64,000 bases of DNA from a virus: positions 1 through 64,000 of IMG/VR virus record IMGVR_UViG_3300002461_000812. One strand, given 5' to 3'. A model generated the notes under the pieces. That model saw only the letters and a list, made by a program, of their open reading frames with translations, was not told the DNA's origin and ran no database searches. Position numbers and translations under genes: made by a program. Every line of letters begins with the position of its first letter. Position 1 is the stretch's first letter. This document shows positions 33,629 to 41,289 of the stretch, in pieces.

Positions 33629-33900
33629 CCCTCGTCACCGACCGCGAGACCGGCCAGATGCGCGGTTTCGGCTTCGTCGAGCTGGAGTCCGAGCAGAAGG
33701 CTCGCGAGGCCATCCCGGTCGTGGACGGCACCATGGTCGGCGGACGACCCATTCGGGTCAACGAAGCCCACGAGCGTGAGCAGCGAGGAGGGTCCGGCGG
33801 CGGCAGGCGCCCCCAGGTCGATCACCGAGGACCCCCGCCCGACCCGGAGCGGAATGGCCGTGGTCGTCGTGGCAGGGGTGAGGATCGCGACCGCTGGTGA
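33529..33900 (+). CDS. RRM-type RNA-binding protein with an Arg/Gly-rich tail
   Basis: RNP-2 LFIGNL, RNP-1 RGFGFVEL, tail GGSGGGRRP...GRGRRGRGEDR. Confidence 0.85.
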   Translation: MSSRLFIGNLSYNATEAELRAAFADRGYVPRIVTLVTDRETGQMRGFGFVELESEQKAREAIPVVDGTMVGGRPIRVNEAHEREQRGGSGGGRRPQVDHRGPPPDPERNGRGRRGRGEDRDRW

Positions 33901-33954
33901 CCATCCAGAACGCTTCTTGTATGGTGACGAGCGCCATGCTAGAGACGTTTCTGC

Positions 33955-34191
33955 GTGGCAGACAGACAGACGAAGCCGTGTAAGCTGTGCGGACGACCAA
34001 TCTTCTGGGACCACGGGTTCAAGAAGAGGAACCTCCGCGAGCACGAGTACGCCTGCGCGTCGATGACCAAGGAGCAGCGAGAGGCAGCGAATGCTGCCTT
34101 CTCGCGCGCGCCCCTGCGTCCACGCAAGCGCAAGCGGAAGACCAAGAACCAGCTCGAACTATCGTTCGGCGACGAGGAGACGGCCCCATGA
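33955..34191 (+). CDS. small zinc-binding/basic protein (78 aa)
   Basis: ORF track with a GTG start. CKLCGRPIFWDH...H..C and a basic KRKRKTK stretch. Confidence 0.55.
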   Translation: MADRQTKPCKLCGRPIFWDHGFKKRNLREHEYACASMTKEQREAANAAFSRAPLRPRKRKRKTKNQLELSFGDEETAP

Positions 34192-34949
34192 TCGATCCCG
34201 TCTTTCACGACAGCCGCGTCACGCTCTACTGCGGAGACTCCAGGGAGCTGCTCCCGAAGGTCGAGGAGCGGCACGGTCGCATCATCCACGTCATGACCGA
34301 TCCGCCGTACAGCGAGCGGACCCACAAGAACGCCAGGACGCTCAAGGGGGGCGACGGGCCCAAGAAGCTCATCGAGTTCGCCTCGACCACCTTCGAGATG
34401 ATCCGGGACATCTTCGCCCTCGCGAACGCAGAGAGGTGGACCATCTCGTTCACCGACAACGTCCACGCGGCGCTCCTGGAGGTGATGCCTCCGGAGGGGA
34501 TGAGGCACATGCGGACCGGGATGTGGGAGAAGCCGGACGGCTCCCCTCAGCTCACCGGAGACAGGCCAGCCCAGGCGCATGAGTGCATCGTGGCCCTGCA
34601 CCCGATGACCGCCTCCAGGTGGAACTCGGGCGGCAAGCGCGGCGTGTGGACGCACGGCGTCGAGCGGGACATCCCCTGGCACAACACCCCCAAGCCCGTC
34701 TCGTTGTGCCGGGAGCTGATCACCGACTTCACCGACGAGGAGGACCTCATCGTCGATCCGTTCGGCGGCAGCGGTGCGTTCGGCGTGGCCGGGCGCTGGG
34801 AGAAGCGCAGGGTCGTCCTCATCGAGCTGGACCCGGCAGTTTGCCAGCTCACTGCGCAGCGCTTGCGCGATGGGCGAGCCAGGCCGGTGACGGCCGTATC
34901 GGACAAGGTGTCCAAGAAGCACAAGAATCAGATCAGGTTCGACTTCTAG
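34188..34949 (+). CDS. DNA methyltransferase (N6-adenine/N4-cytosine, beta class)
   Basis: TDPPY (motif IV) lies upstream of DPFGGSGAFG (motif I). ATGA overlap at the start. No cognate nuclease is nearby. Confidence 0.85.
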   Translation: MIDPVFHDSRVTLYCGDSRELLPKVEERHGRIIHVMTDPPYSERTHKNARTLKGGDGPKKLIEFASTTFEMIRDIFALANAERWTISFTDNVHAALLEVMPPEGMRHMRTGMWEKPDGSPQLTGDRPAQAHECIVALHPMTASRWNSGGKRGVWTHGVERDIPWHNTPKPVSLCRELITDFTDEEDLIVDPFGGSGAFGVAGRWEKRRVVLIELDPAVCQLTAQRLRDGRARPVTAVSDKVSKKHKNQIRFDF

Positions 34950-34953
34950 GCCA

Positions 34954-34981
34954 TTGACAATCGCATACGATACTGTATTGT
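34954..34981 (+). promoter_or_regulatory. sigma70-like promoter TTGACA-N16-TATTGT bracketed by the inverted repeat TGACAAT/ATTGTCA
   Basis: Inverted-repeat arms at 34955-34961 and 34977-34983. Confidence 0.6.
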
Positions 34982-34996
34982 CAGTTCTGAGGTCAG

Positions 34997-35530
34997 ATGG
35001 AAAAGGCAGGTCTGGTAGTTTCCGCGGTCGCGTTCGCGACCTCGGCTCATGAGGGTCAGGTCCGGAAGGGTGGTCGCGGCATCCCGTACATCACCCACCC
35101 GTTGGCCGTGAAAGCCATCCTGGAGGGTGCGGGGGTCACCGATCAGGTCGTGCTGGCGGCAGCGGTGCTCCACGACACCATCGAGGACTGCGGGGTCACC
35201 CAGGCGCGGCTGGAAGCCGAGTTCGGGCCCGAGGTCGCTTTGGTGGTCGCAGAGGTCTCGGACGCTCCCGGCCTGTCGAAGACGGCGGCCAAGAAAGCCC
35301 AGGAGCGGAACGCTCCCTTCATGAGCGAGCGCGCCAAGCTGGTGAAGCTCGCCGACAAGACCGCGAACCTGACCGACATCGTCGAGAATCCTCCTGGGTG
35401 GAAGCCCGAGGCGGTTCGAGGCTACGCCACCAGCGCGAAGCGGATCGTCGCGGCGATGGGGTCGGTGAATGAGGTCCTGGAGACCGGTTTCGCGGCGGCA
35501 GCGAAGCGGGCGATGGACTCTGCCGGCTGA
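34997..35530 (+). CDS. HD-domain small alarmone hydrolase ((p)ppGpp hydrolase, SpoT/Mesh1-like)
   Basis: AHEGQVRKGGRGIPYITHPLAV, LHDTIEDC, AKLVKLADKTANL. Confidence 0.8.
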   Translation: MEKAGLVVSAVAFATSAHEGQVRKGGRGIPYITHPLAVKAILEGAGVTDQVVLAAAVLHDTIEDCGVTQARLEAEFGPEVALVVAEVSDAPGLSKTAAKKAQERNAPFMSERAKLVKLADKTANLTDIVENPPGWKPEAVRGYATSAKRIVAAMGSVNEVLETGFAAAAKRAMDSAG

Positions 35531-35634
35531 CAGATTGTTTCCCGTGAAACACTTCACTGAACGCGCATCCAGTCGCAAAGTGGACGTTGCCTTGGTCGCG
35601 GGCTAGCGTTCCGGCCCATTCGGAGGAAAGAACG

Positions 35635-36324
35635 ATGTTCTCAAGAATCGCAGCGGCGGTCATCGCCATGCTCGTGCTGTTCCCGGCTTCGGCCATCGCT
35701 CAGCCTGAGCGTCCGATCCCGGAGGAGGAGTGGACGCCCGAGGCGCGCTACAACCTCGTTCGGTGCTTGGTGGGGGAAGCGGGTTGGAGCGCTCCAGATC
35801 ACGCGGCCATCCCGTGGGCTCTCGCTCGAAGCTGGCAAGCGCGGGTTCGCGGTGGCCACGAGCTTACGTTCGCCACTCAGGTGGAGCGCTACTGCTCGGT
35901 GCTGCGGGTCAGCGAGCCGACGGAGCGTCAGCTCTGGGTCAGGGCGCTTCCCGAGACCGGTCCGATGACCGAGGAGAACGAGCCGGACGCGTTCCCGGAC
36001 ACCGTGGAGTGGTCTGGGTACTCGGAGCGCCTGGATCGGATCCGTGCGTTCGTGGATCGGTGGGCGCTTGGTGAGGTACGAGACCCGTGCCCGAGGGCGG
36101 ATCACTGGGGCGGCGTCATGGACTCCATCGGAGTGGGCGCTATTCTCGTGTGCCCGCGCGCGTCCGGTGGGATGCGCAACACCTTCTTCTACGTCAGCCC
36201 GGAAGCCCGTCGTGCGCTGGTGCGAGCGCGCATCGCGCGCAGGCGCGCGGAGGAGACTGGTGAATCGATCCCGGCCGAGGTCGCCGCAGGTGCGCGACAC
36301 GGGGCCGGGATCGACCGTGACTAG
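35635..36324 (+). CDS. secreted protein, possibly a SleB-like cell-wall hydrolase
   Basis: ATG 35635 follows GGAGGAAAG. Signal peptide MFSRIAAAVIAMLVLFPASAIAQ. LVRCLVGEAGW...AIPWAL weakly resembles the Hydrolase_2 family. Confidence 0.6.
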   Translation: MFSRIAAAVIAMLVLFPASAIAQPERPIPEEEWTPEARYNLVRCLVGEAGWSAPDHAAIPWALARSWQARVRGGHELTFATQVERYCSVLRVSEPTERQLWVRALPETGPMTEENEPDAFPDTVEWSGYSERLDRIRAFVDRWALGEVRDPCPRADHWGGVMDSIGVGAILVCPRASGGMRNTFFYVSPEARRALVRARIARRRAEETGESIPAEVAAGARHGAGIDRD

Positions 36325-37133
36325 AAGGCAGGCTCCATCGAGAAGAGCGCCTGGAGTTCCGCCACGGATCGGCAGAGCGGGAGCGACGCGAAGGCGAGTC
36401 GCTTCCCGCCCTTCGGTCGAGACTGCCCAGGCGCCTTGCCGGTCTTGCTGTCCTTGCGCTGCGTGAGCAGGCGGAGCGTGTTCCGGTAGGCGGGCGTCGC
36501 GCGCTCGGGCCAGGCGACACCGCCGATGAGCGGGACCGATGAGCCGGCGAAAAGGATGATGTCCGGATTCCTGGTGGCATGACCGACCGTCCAGTGGGCG
36601 ATGACGGTGCAGCCGGCCTGGTCCCGGAGGTAGTCGGCGATGGAGTTGTCCCCGGTGCCAGGGCTCGATGTCGCCGAGGCCGGTTCGTCACCAGCCGAGC
36701 AGGCGAAGAGGGTGAGGGTCTTGAGGGACGACGACGCCTTCAAGGCCCCGACGAGGTCGGCCAGGTTCCTGGCGTCGTTGACCTTCTGCTTCCGCATCCG
36801 GAAGCCGAGCTGGAGCCCAGCGTCCCAGCCGTGGCAGAGGAAGATGATCCGATCCCACTTGGCGGACCGGATCAGGTCGATGACGGTGCGCGCCGCCAGC
36901 TCGAAGGCAGCCTGCTTGGCGCCCGGGGCGATCGTCAGGGTCTTCGGGTCCACCGTGGGGACTGGGATCTGGGCCAACGTGACCAGGGCTCCCTCCTTCG
37001 CGTAGGCGTCCTTCAACGCCGTCGCCTCGGGGAGGAAGACGTGCCGCCAGTCGGTCTTCGGCGGCGAGTCTCGGTCGGGAAGGACGATCAGGATCTTCTC
37101 TGAGGGACTCAACTGCGGTTCGGCTCCGGCCAT
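36321..37133 (-). CDS. hypothetical protein with a caspase/CHAT-like His...Cys strand motif
   Basis: ORF track with an AAGGAGG SD. IIFLCHGW and LTLFACSAGD resemble the clan-CD dyad context. Inverted relative to both neighbours. Confidence 0.7.
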   Translation of the reverse strand: MAGAEPQLSPSEKILIVLPDRDSPPKTDWRHVFLPEATALKDAYAKEGALVTLAQIPVPTVDPKTLTIAPGAKQAAFELAARTVIDLIRSAKWDRIIFLCHGWDAGLQLGFRMRKQKVNDARNLADLVGALKASSSLKTLTLFACSAGDEPASATSSPGTGDNSIADYLRDQAGCTVIAHWTVGHATRNPDIILFAGSSVPLIGGVAWPERATPAYRNTLRLLTQRKDSKTGKAPGQSRPKGGKRLAFASLPLCRSVAELQALFSMEPAF

Positions 37134-37153
37134 GGCAAACCTCCTTGAAAGTG

Positions 37154-37166
37154 CGCTATCATAGCG
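37154..37166. promoter_or_regulatory. 13-bp palindrome CGCTATCATAGCG in a divergent intergenic gap
   Basis: 6-1-6 palindrome between the starts at 37133 (minus) and 37171 (plus). Confidence 0.4.
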
Positions 37167-37170
37167 TCAA

Positions 37171-37554
37171 ATGCTGATCATAGGAGAAGAAGACGACCTT
37201 CGTCCGCTGCTTGGCAACGATGTCCGCAAGTGCGTGAAGTGCGGCAAGAGAGCGACCTGGGCGGGTGCGGACAGGTCGGGCGAGAAGGACCAGCCGATGT
37301 GCGGCTGGTGCGTGCTCTACGCCGGCTCGGGGTGGGGCTACGCGAACCGAGACGAGATCCTCGCCATGGGCATCCAGATTCGGCAGCGGGCCCTCGCGAG
37401 CCGCAACCCCAAGACCCACGTTCCAGAACTGGACGAGCGTCACCGGCTGGACCAGGCGGATGCCGAGAAGCTCATGCTGGGCGTCGGGTACACGTCCGAG
37501 TACCTTCGATCGAAGCTCATCGGCGTGCTGGGCGCGCTTCGAGGATCAGGGTGA
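37171..37554 (+). CDS. Cys-rich hypothetical protein (127 aa)
   Basis: ORF track. KCVKCG...MCGWC. Confidence 0.6.
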   Translation: MLIIGEEDDLRPLLGNDVRKCVKCGKRATWAGADRSGEKDQPMCGWCVLYAGSGWGYANRDEILAMGIQIRQRALASRNPKTHVPELDERHRLDQADAEKLMLGVGYTSEYLRSKLIGVLGALRGSG

Positions 37555-37814
37555 CAGAGAGACCGATCCCATGGCCGAGAATCGGTCAGAGCGTGAAGCT
37601 GAGGTCGGGGGCGGTCGCCGAGGTGCTCTCGGTGGCGAGGGGAATCGACGCTCTGCGGTCCAAGACCGAGATCGAGATCCTCATGCTCGGGCCATCCATG
37701 CAGTCGGCCATCGGCTCCAACTGGATGAACCTCTACTACGAGGCCACCGTCCAGCTCCAGAACATGGCGCTCCTGATCGTGACCCCCAGAGACGTGGTCG
37801 AAGTTATCGGTTGA
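37551..37814 (+). CDS. hypothetical protein (87 aa)
   Basis: GTG 37551 forms a GTGA overlap, inside ORF 37230..37814 (VTERPIPWPRIGQSVKLRSG...). Confidence 0.55.
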   Translation: MTERPIPWPRIGQSVKLRSGAVAEVLSVARGIDALRSKTEIEILMLGPSMQSAIGSNWMNLYYEATVQLQNMALLIVTPRDVVEVIG

Positions 37815-37838
37815 CCAACAGAACCGATAGTGTAAAAA
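37811..37838 (+). promoter_or_regulatory. sigma70-like promoter TTGACC-N16-TAAAAA
   Basis: The -35 hexamer contains the TGA stop at 37812-37814. Overlapped by the inverted repeat ATCGGTT/AACCGAT (37806-37812 and 37822-37828). Confidence 0.5.
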
Positions 37839-37846
37839 GGGGGAGC

Positions 37847-38296
37847 GTGAACGAGCGAACCAGGGCCATGATGCAGGCCGTGCGCGAGAGCATCGACAAG
37901 ACGAAGGCCGGCAGAGAGGCCGGACGGGCCAAGTTGGAGGCCAAGAAACCTCACATGGCTCTCCGCGACACCTGGTACGAGCTGGTTCACCTTGCTCACG
38001 GGAAGGTGCCCGGCACGAAGTGGTCGGCGGCGGTCGAGTTGAAGCTGGCCAAGACCTTCTTGACGGAGACCACGCTCGAAGAGGCGCTGACCGACATCCG
38101 CTACTTCATCAACGAGTGGTGTCGTGCGAAGGGCGTGTTCCCGAGCTTCAAGCTGTTCTGGTCCGTGCGCGGACAGGTGCGCGCGGAGGTCACTGGTGCG
38201 CTCAAGCCTTCCACCAAGCGCGCGACCAAAGGGGATCGGATGAGCAGCGGCGAGTACAATGCGGAGGAAGCCAAGAAGTACCCGAGGATCGGCTAG
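37847..38296 (+). CDS. hypothetical protein (149 aa)
   Basis: Protein-like tail of ORF 37265..38296. Start at GTG 37847 or ATG 37868. Confidence 0.6.
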   Translation: MNERTRAMMQAVRESIDKTKAGREAGRAKLEAKKPHMALRDTWYELVHLAHGKVPGTKWSAAVELKLAKTFLTETTLEEALTDIRYFINEWCRAKGVFPSFKLFWSVRGQVRAEVTGALKPSTKRATKGDRMSSGEYNAEEAKKYPRIG

Positions 38297-38299
38297 GCC

Positions 38300-38893
38300 A
38301 TGAGAATCCCAGGCATCAAGATCGTCCTGACAGAAGAGCACCTGGCGTGGATGCGCGTCCCGATGCGTTTCTGGGAGGTCAAGTCGGGGCAGATCCAGGA
38401 GAGCTTTCGGGATCTGATTCGGGACTACCGGAGCACCCTCGGCCAGAAGATGGACGACGGGGTAGGTCTGATCTTGTGGGGTCCGAACGGGGTCGGGAAG
38501 ACCGGGGCCGCCGTGGTCGTGGCGAAGGCGGCCAGGGAGGCCGGTGCCTCCGTGCTCTTCATCACGGCCGAGTCGTTTCGGCAGGCCACCCTCGACAAGG
38601 AGAAGTTCGACGACGGGCTACTGGTCACCGACCGGGCGATGGGGGTAGACGTGCTGGTGCTCGACGACCTCGGCAAGGAGCACTCGGGAGAGTCGTCGTG
38701 GGCCGAGCGCCTGATCGAGAACCTGATCCGGGTGAGAGCCGCCAACAAGCGGGTCACGATCATCACGACCAACATGAATCCTGGGCAGATGGAAGAGCGG
38801 TACAAGCGCTCCATGATGGAGGTCCTCATGGAGGCGTGCGTCCGGATCCAGGCGGATGGTGAGAGCCTCCGCGAGAAGCCATCCCTGAAATGA
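38300..38893 (+). CDS. DnaC/IstB-like AAA+ helicase loader
   Basis: Walker A LWGPNGVGKT, Walker B VLVLDDLGKE. Lies immediately upstream of dnaB. Confidence 0.8.
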   Translation: MRIPGIKIVLTEEHLAWMRVPMRFWEVKSGQIQESFRDLIRDYRSTLGQKMDDGVGLILWGPNGVGKTGAAVVVAKAAREAGASVLFITAESFRQATLDKEKFDDGLLVTDRAMGVDVLVLDDLGKEHSGESSWAERLIENLIRVRAANKRVTIITTNMNPGQMEERYKRSMMEVLMEACVRIQADGESLREKPSLK

Positions 38894-38913
38894 TCTGGTG
38901 AGAAGGGGAGCCC

Positions 38914-40278
38914 ATGGACATTGACGCCGCAACGCTCTGGTACGCGACCAGATCAGCCGATTCGTACAAGCGCGTGATCGAGATGGGGGTCGATCACGAC
39001 CTCTTCGTCGGGTCTGCCAAGGTCGCGTGGAAGTTCGTCACCGAGTACCGCGGCAAGCATGGCGAGCTGCCAGGCGTCGGGATCATCGTCGAGAACTCCG
39101 GCGCCTCCATTGCTCCCCCGGAAGAGGGCCAGGAGGTGGCGCTCGGGTTCCTGGTCGACCGCCTCCACGAGCGGGCCATCCATCGCGCGCTCAAGCACGG
39201 GATGATGAAGACGGCCGAGGCTGTCGAGGCCGACAAGCAGGACGAGGCGGTATCCGAGGTCTTCAAGCTCTCCGACCACCTGCGGAAGAAGCGTGTGGCG
39301 CAGGTCCAGATTCGGACCATCGGGCAGGTCGCTCCAGAGGTGCTGGAGCAGTACGAGAAGACCAAGCGCGGGGAGATCGGGGTGCCGTTCCCATGGCCGA
39401 CGATGACGGCCATGACGCTCGGGCTCTGGCCAGGGACCCTGACGTTCTTCGTTGCGCGCCCAGGCGTCGGCAAGACGTGGACCGCGATCCTCATGGCGCT
39501 TCACGCCTGGGAGATGGGCAAGAAGGTCCTCATCGTGTCGCCCGAACTGGGTCGGGTGGAACTCGGAGAGCGTCTCGTCTCGAAGTACGGCAAGTTCGCC
39601 TACGGCGACATGATCACCGCCCAGCTCGGGATGATGGGCGAGGCGAGTCTGCGCAACGTCGTCGCCGAGCTGGCCGTGAAGGGTGAGAACCTCTTCATCC
39701 TCGACGATGAGGATCACCTGGGTCCCGAGCACATCGAGCAGGCCATCGAGACGGTCGAGCCGGACCTCATCCTGGTGGACTCGATCTACATGATGAAGGT
39801 CGAGAAGGGCCAGGTGAAGAAGGGTGCCGGGTCCAAGGGCGGACGCTACGACCGCATTCTGGAAACGGTGGACTGGCTTCGGGGTACCTCTCGCAGGTAC
39901 AAGAGGCCGGTGGTCGGTATCAGCCAGCTCTCGCGCGACGCGAAGATGAAGAAGGAAGCAGCCGACCAGATCAAGCAGGGCAAGGGCACCGGAGGTCTCG
40001 AAGACGCCATCGCGATGTCCGACACCCTCTTCATGGACGCGCACAACCTCTTCGCGCTTTTCCAGGACAAGGACATGCGGCTCGACAAGCAGCTTGTCTA
40101 CGTCCCGCTCAAGGTCCGCCGCCAGGCGAATATCAGCCACGTCGTCATCAAGTGGGACATGGTCAACATGGACTTCTCCGAGATCGGCACGTTCGTTCCG
40201 AGCGGCGGGGCCTCTTCTGGGGCTGGCGCACAGGCCGCTGGCCGCTTCTCCGACGAAGAATACGATTCAGCCTTCTGA
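38914..40278 (+). CDS. dnaB: DnaB-family replicative DNA helicase
   Basis: FVARPGVGKTWTAILMAL, LILVDSIYMM, VVGISQLSRD. Confidence 0.9.
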   Translation: MDIDAATLWYATRSADSYKRVIEMGVDHDLFVGSAKVAWKFVTEYRGKHGELPGVGIIVENSGASIAPPEEGQEVALGFLVDRLHERAIHRALKHGMMKTAEAVEADKQDEAVSEVFKLSDHLRKKRVAQVQIRTIGQVAPEVLEQYEKTKRGEIGVPFPWPTMTAMTLGLWPGTLTFFVARPGVGKTWTAILMALHAWEMGKKVLIVSPELGRVELGERLVSKYGKFAYGDMITAQLGMMGEASLRNVVAELAVKGENLFILDDEDHLGPEHIEQAIETVEPDLILVDSIYMMKVEKGQVKKGAGSKGGRYDRILETVDWLRGTSRRYKRPVVGISQLSRDAKMKKEAADQIKQGKGTGGLEDAIAMSDTLFMDAHNLFALFQDKDMRLDKQLVYVPLKVRRQANISHVVIKWDMVNMDFSEIGTFVPSGGASSGAGAQAAGRFSDEEYDSAF

Positions 40279-40288
40279 GGTCTCCGAC

Positions 40289-40732
40289 ATGCACGACCTG
40301 AACATCATCACCGCCATCGGCCTCATCGGGGTCACGCTCGTGGTCGCCGTGGGCAAGATCTTCGATCCGCTTCGCGACTGGCTCAAGGGCTTCACGTTCT
40401 GGGCAAACCCGCTGCGGCTCATCGGAGAGGCGATGAGCTGCACCATGTGCGCTGGGTGGTGGGTCGGCTTCGTGTGGGGCATCTACACGTCGCAGCCGTG
40501 GGGCGTGGCCGTGGTGTTCGGAGGCTTCGTGAGCGTCGCGTCGTTCGCCGCGGACGAGTTGCTCGCGATCATCGCGGCCGTGAGCATCCGTCTCGTGAGG
40601 CGGCATTCCCCGCCGCCCCAGATGCAAGCGCCGGAGCCTCTGCCCAGGGCACCGCGTGTGCCCGACCAGGAGGCCCCTCTGACCGAGGAGCAGGCGAACG
40701 CGCATCTCGATGCAGCGGAAGACAACGAGTGA
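40289..40732 (+). CDS. DUF1360-like integral membrane protein
   Basis: Internal ATG 40289 of ORF 40094..40732. Three hydrophobic segments and the CTMCAGWWVG motif. Confidence 0.65.
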   Translation: MHDLNIITAIGLIGVTLVVAVGKIFDPLRDWLKGFTFWANPLRLIGEAMSCTMCAGWWVGFVWGIYTSQPWGVAVVFGGFVSVASFAADELLAIIAAVSIRLVRRHSPPPQMQAPEPLPRAPRVPDQEAPLTEEQANAHLDAAEDNE

Positions 40733-40736
40733 GAGA

Positions 40737-40809
40737 GTCCGCGTAGCTCAGGGGATAGAGCGGTCGCTTCCTAAGCGAATGGTCGGAGGTTCGATTCCTC
40801 CCGCGGGCG
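40737..40809 (+). tRNA. tRNA-Arg (anticodon CCT, reads AGG), no encoded CCA
   Basis: Hand-folded cloverleaf: acceptor GTCCGCG/CGCGGGC (one G-T pair), D arm GCTC-AGGGGATA-GAGC, anticodon stem-loop GTCGC-TTCCTAA-GCGAA, T arm GGAGG-TTCGATT-CCTCC, discriminator G. Confidence 0.9.
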
Positions 40810-40842
40810 CTGGCGCAGTAGCAGGAGCAGAAGGAGAAGATC

Positions 40843-41286
40843 ATGGACACGGAACGCAGGGCATCGAAGGTGGACGGGTTCAAGTGGGATCCGATCCTCG
40901 ACTACATCTTCGTCGCCGACTACGGGCAGCCGGACAGGAGCGCCGGAGGGATCCTCCTCGGCGACTTCAACTTCGGCTCGTACCGGTTCGATCTCTGGCG
41001 CTACGGCGAGGTCATCGCCATCGGCCCGGGGCGGCAGGGCAAGAGGTCGTCGTCGCTCAAGCCGATGCCTCCGGTCAAGCTGGGTGACGTGGTCATGTTC
41101 AGCCGCAAGCACGGAACCAGGCTCCCCGGAGAGGTCAGGTTCCACCACCCCACGTACCAGTCCGAAGACGGGCTGCTCGTTCGAGTCCTCGACCCAGAGA
41201 AGACCGTCGCCGTGCTCGGTGACTTCAAGCCGTGGTGGGATCCGACCACGCGCCAGATCGAGCCCGGTATCGACTTCTCCGGGTGA
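40843..41286 (+). CDS. GroES/Cpn10-like co-chaperonin
   Basis: ILDYIFV...SAGGILLG...YGEVIAIGPGR...VKLGDVVMF aligns by eye with the GroES pattern. Confidence 0.7.
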   Translation: MDTERRASKVDGFKWDPILDYIFVADYGQPDRSAGGILLGDFNFGSYRFDLWRYGEVIAIGPGRQGKRSSSLKPMPPVKLGDVVMFSRKHGTRLPGEVRFHHPTYQSEDGLLVRVLDPEKTVAVLGDFKPWWDPTTRQIEPGIDFSG

Positions 41287-41289
41287 TCG

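Noticed and set aside
37265-37846. Long frame MRTGRARRTSRC... joining 37265 to the 37847-38296 gene.
   Set aside because: The upstream two-thirds is Arg-rich noise that overlaps two better-supported genes in other frames. Only the tail from 37847 looks protein-like.
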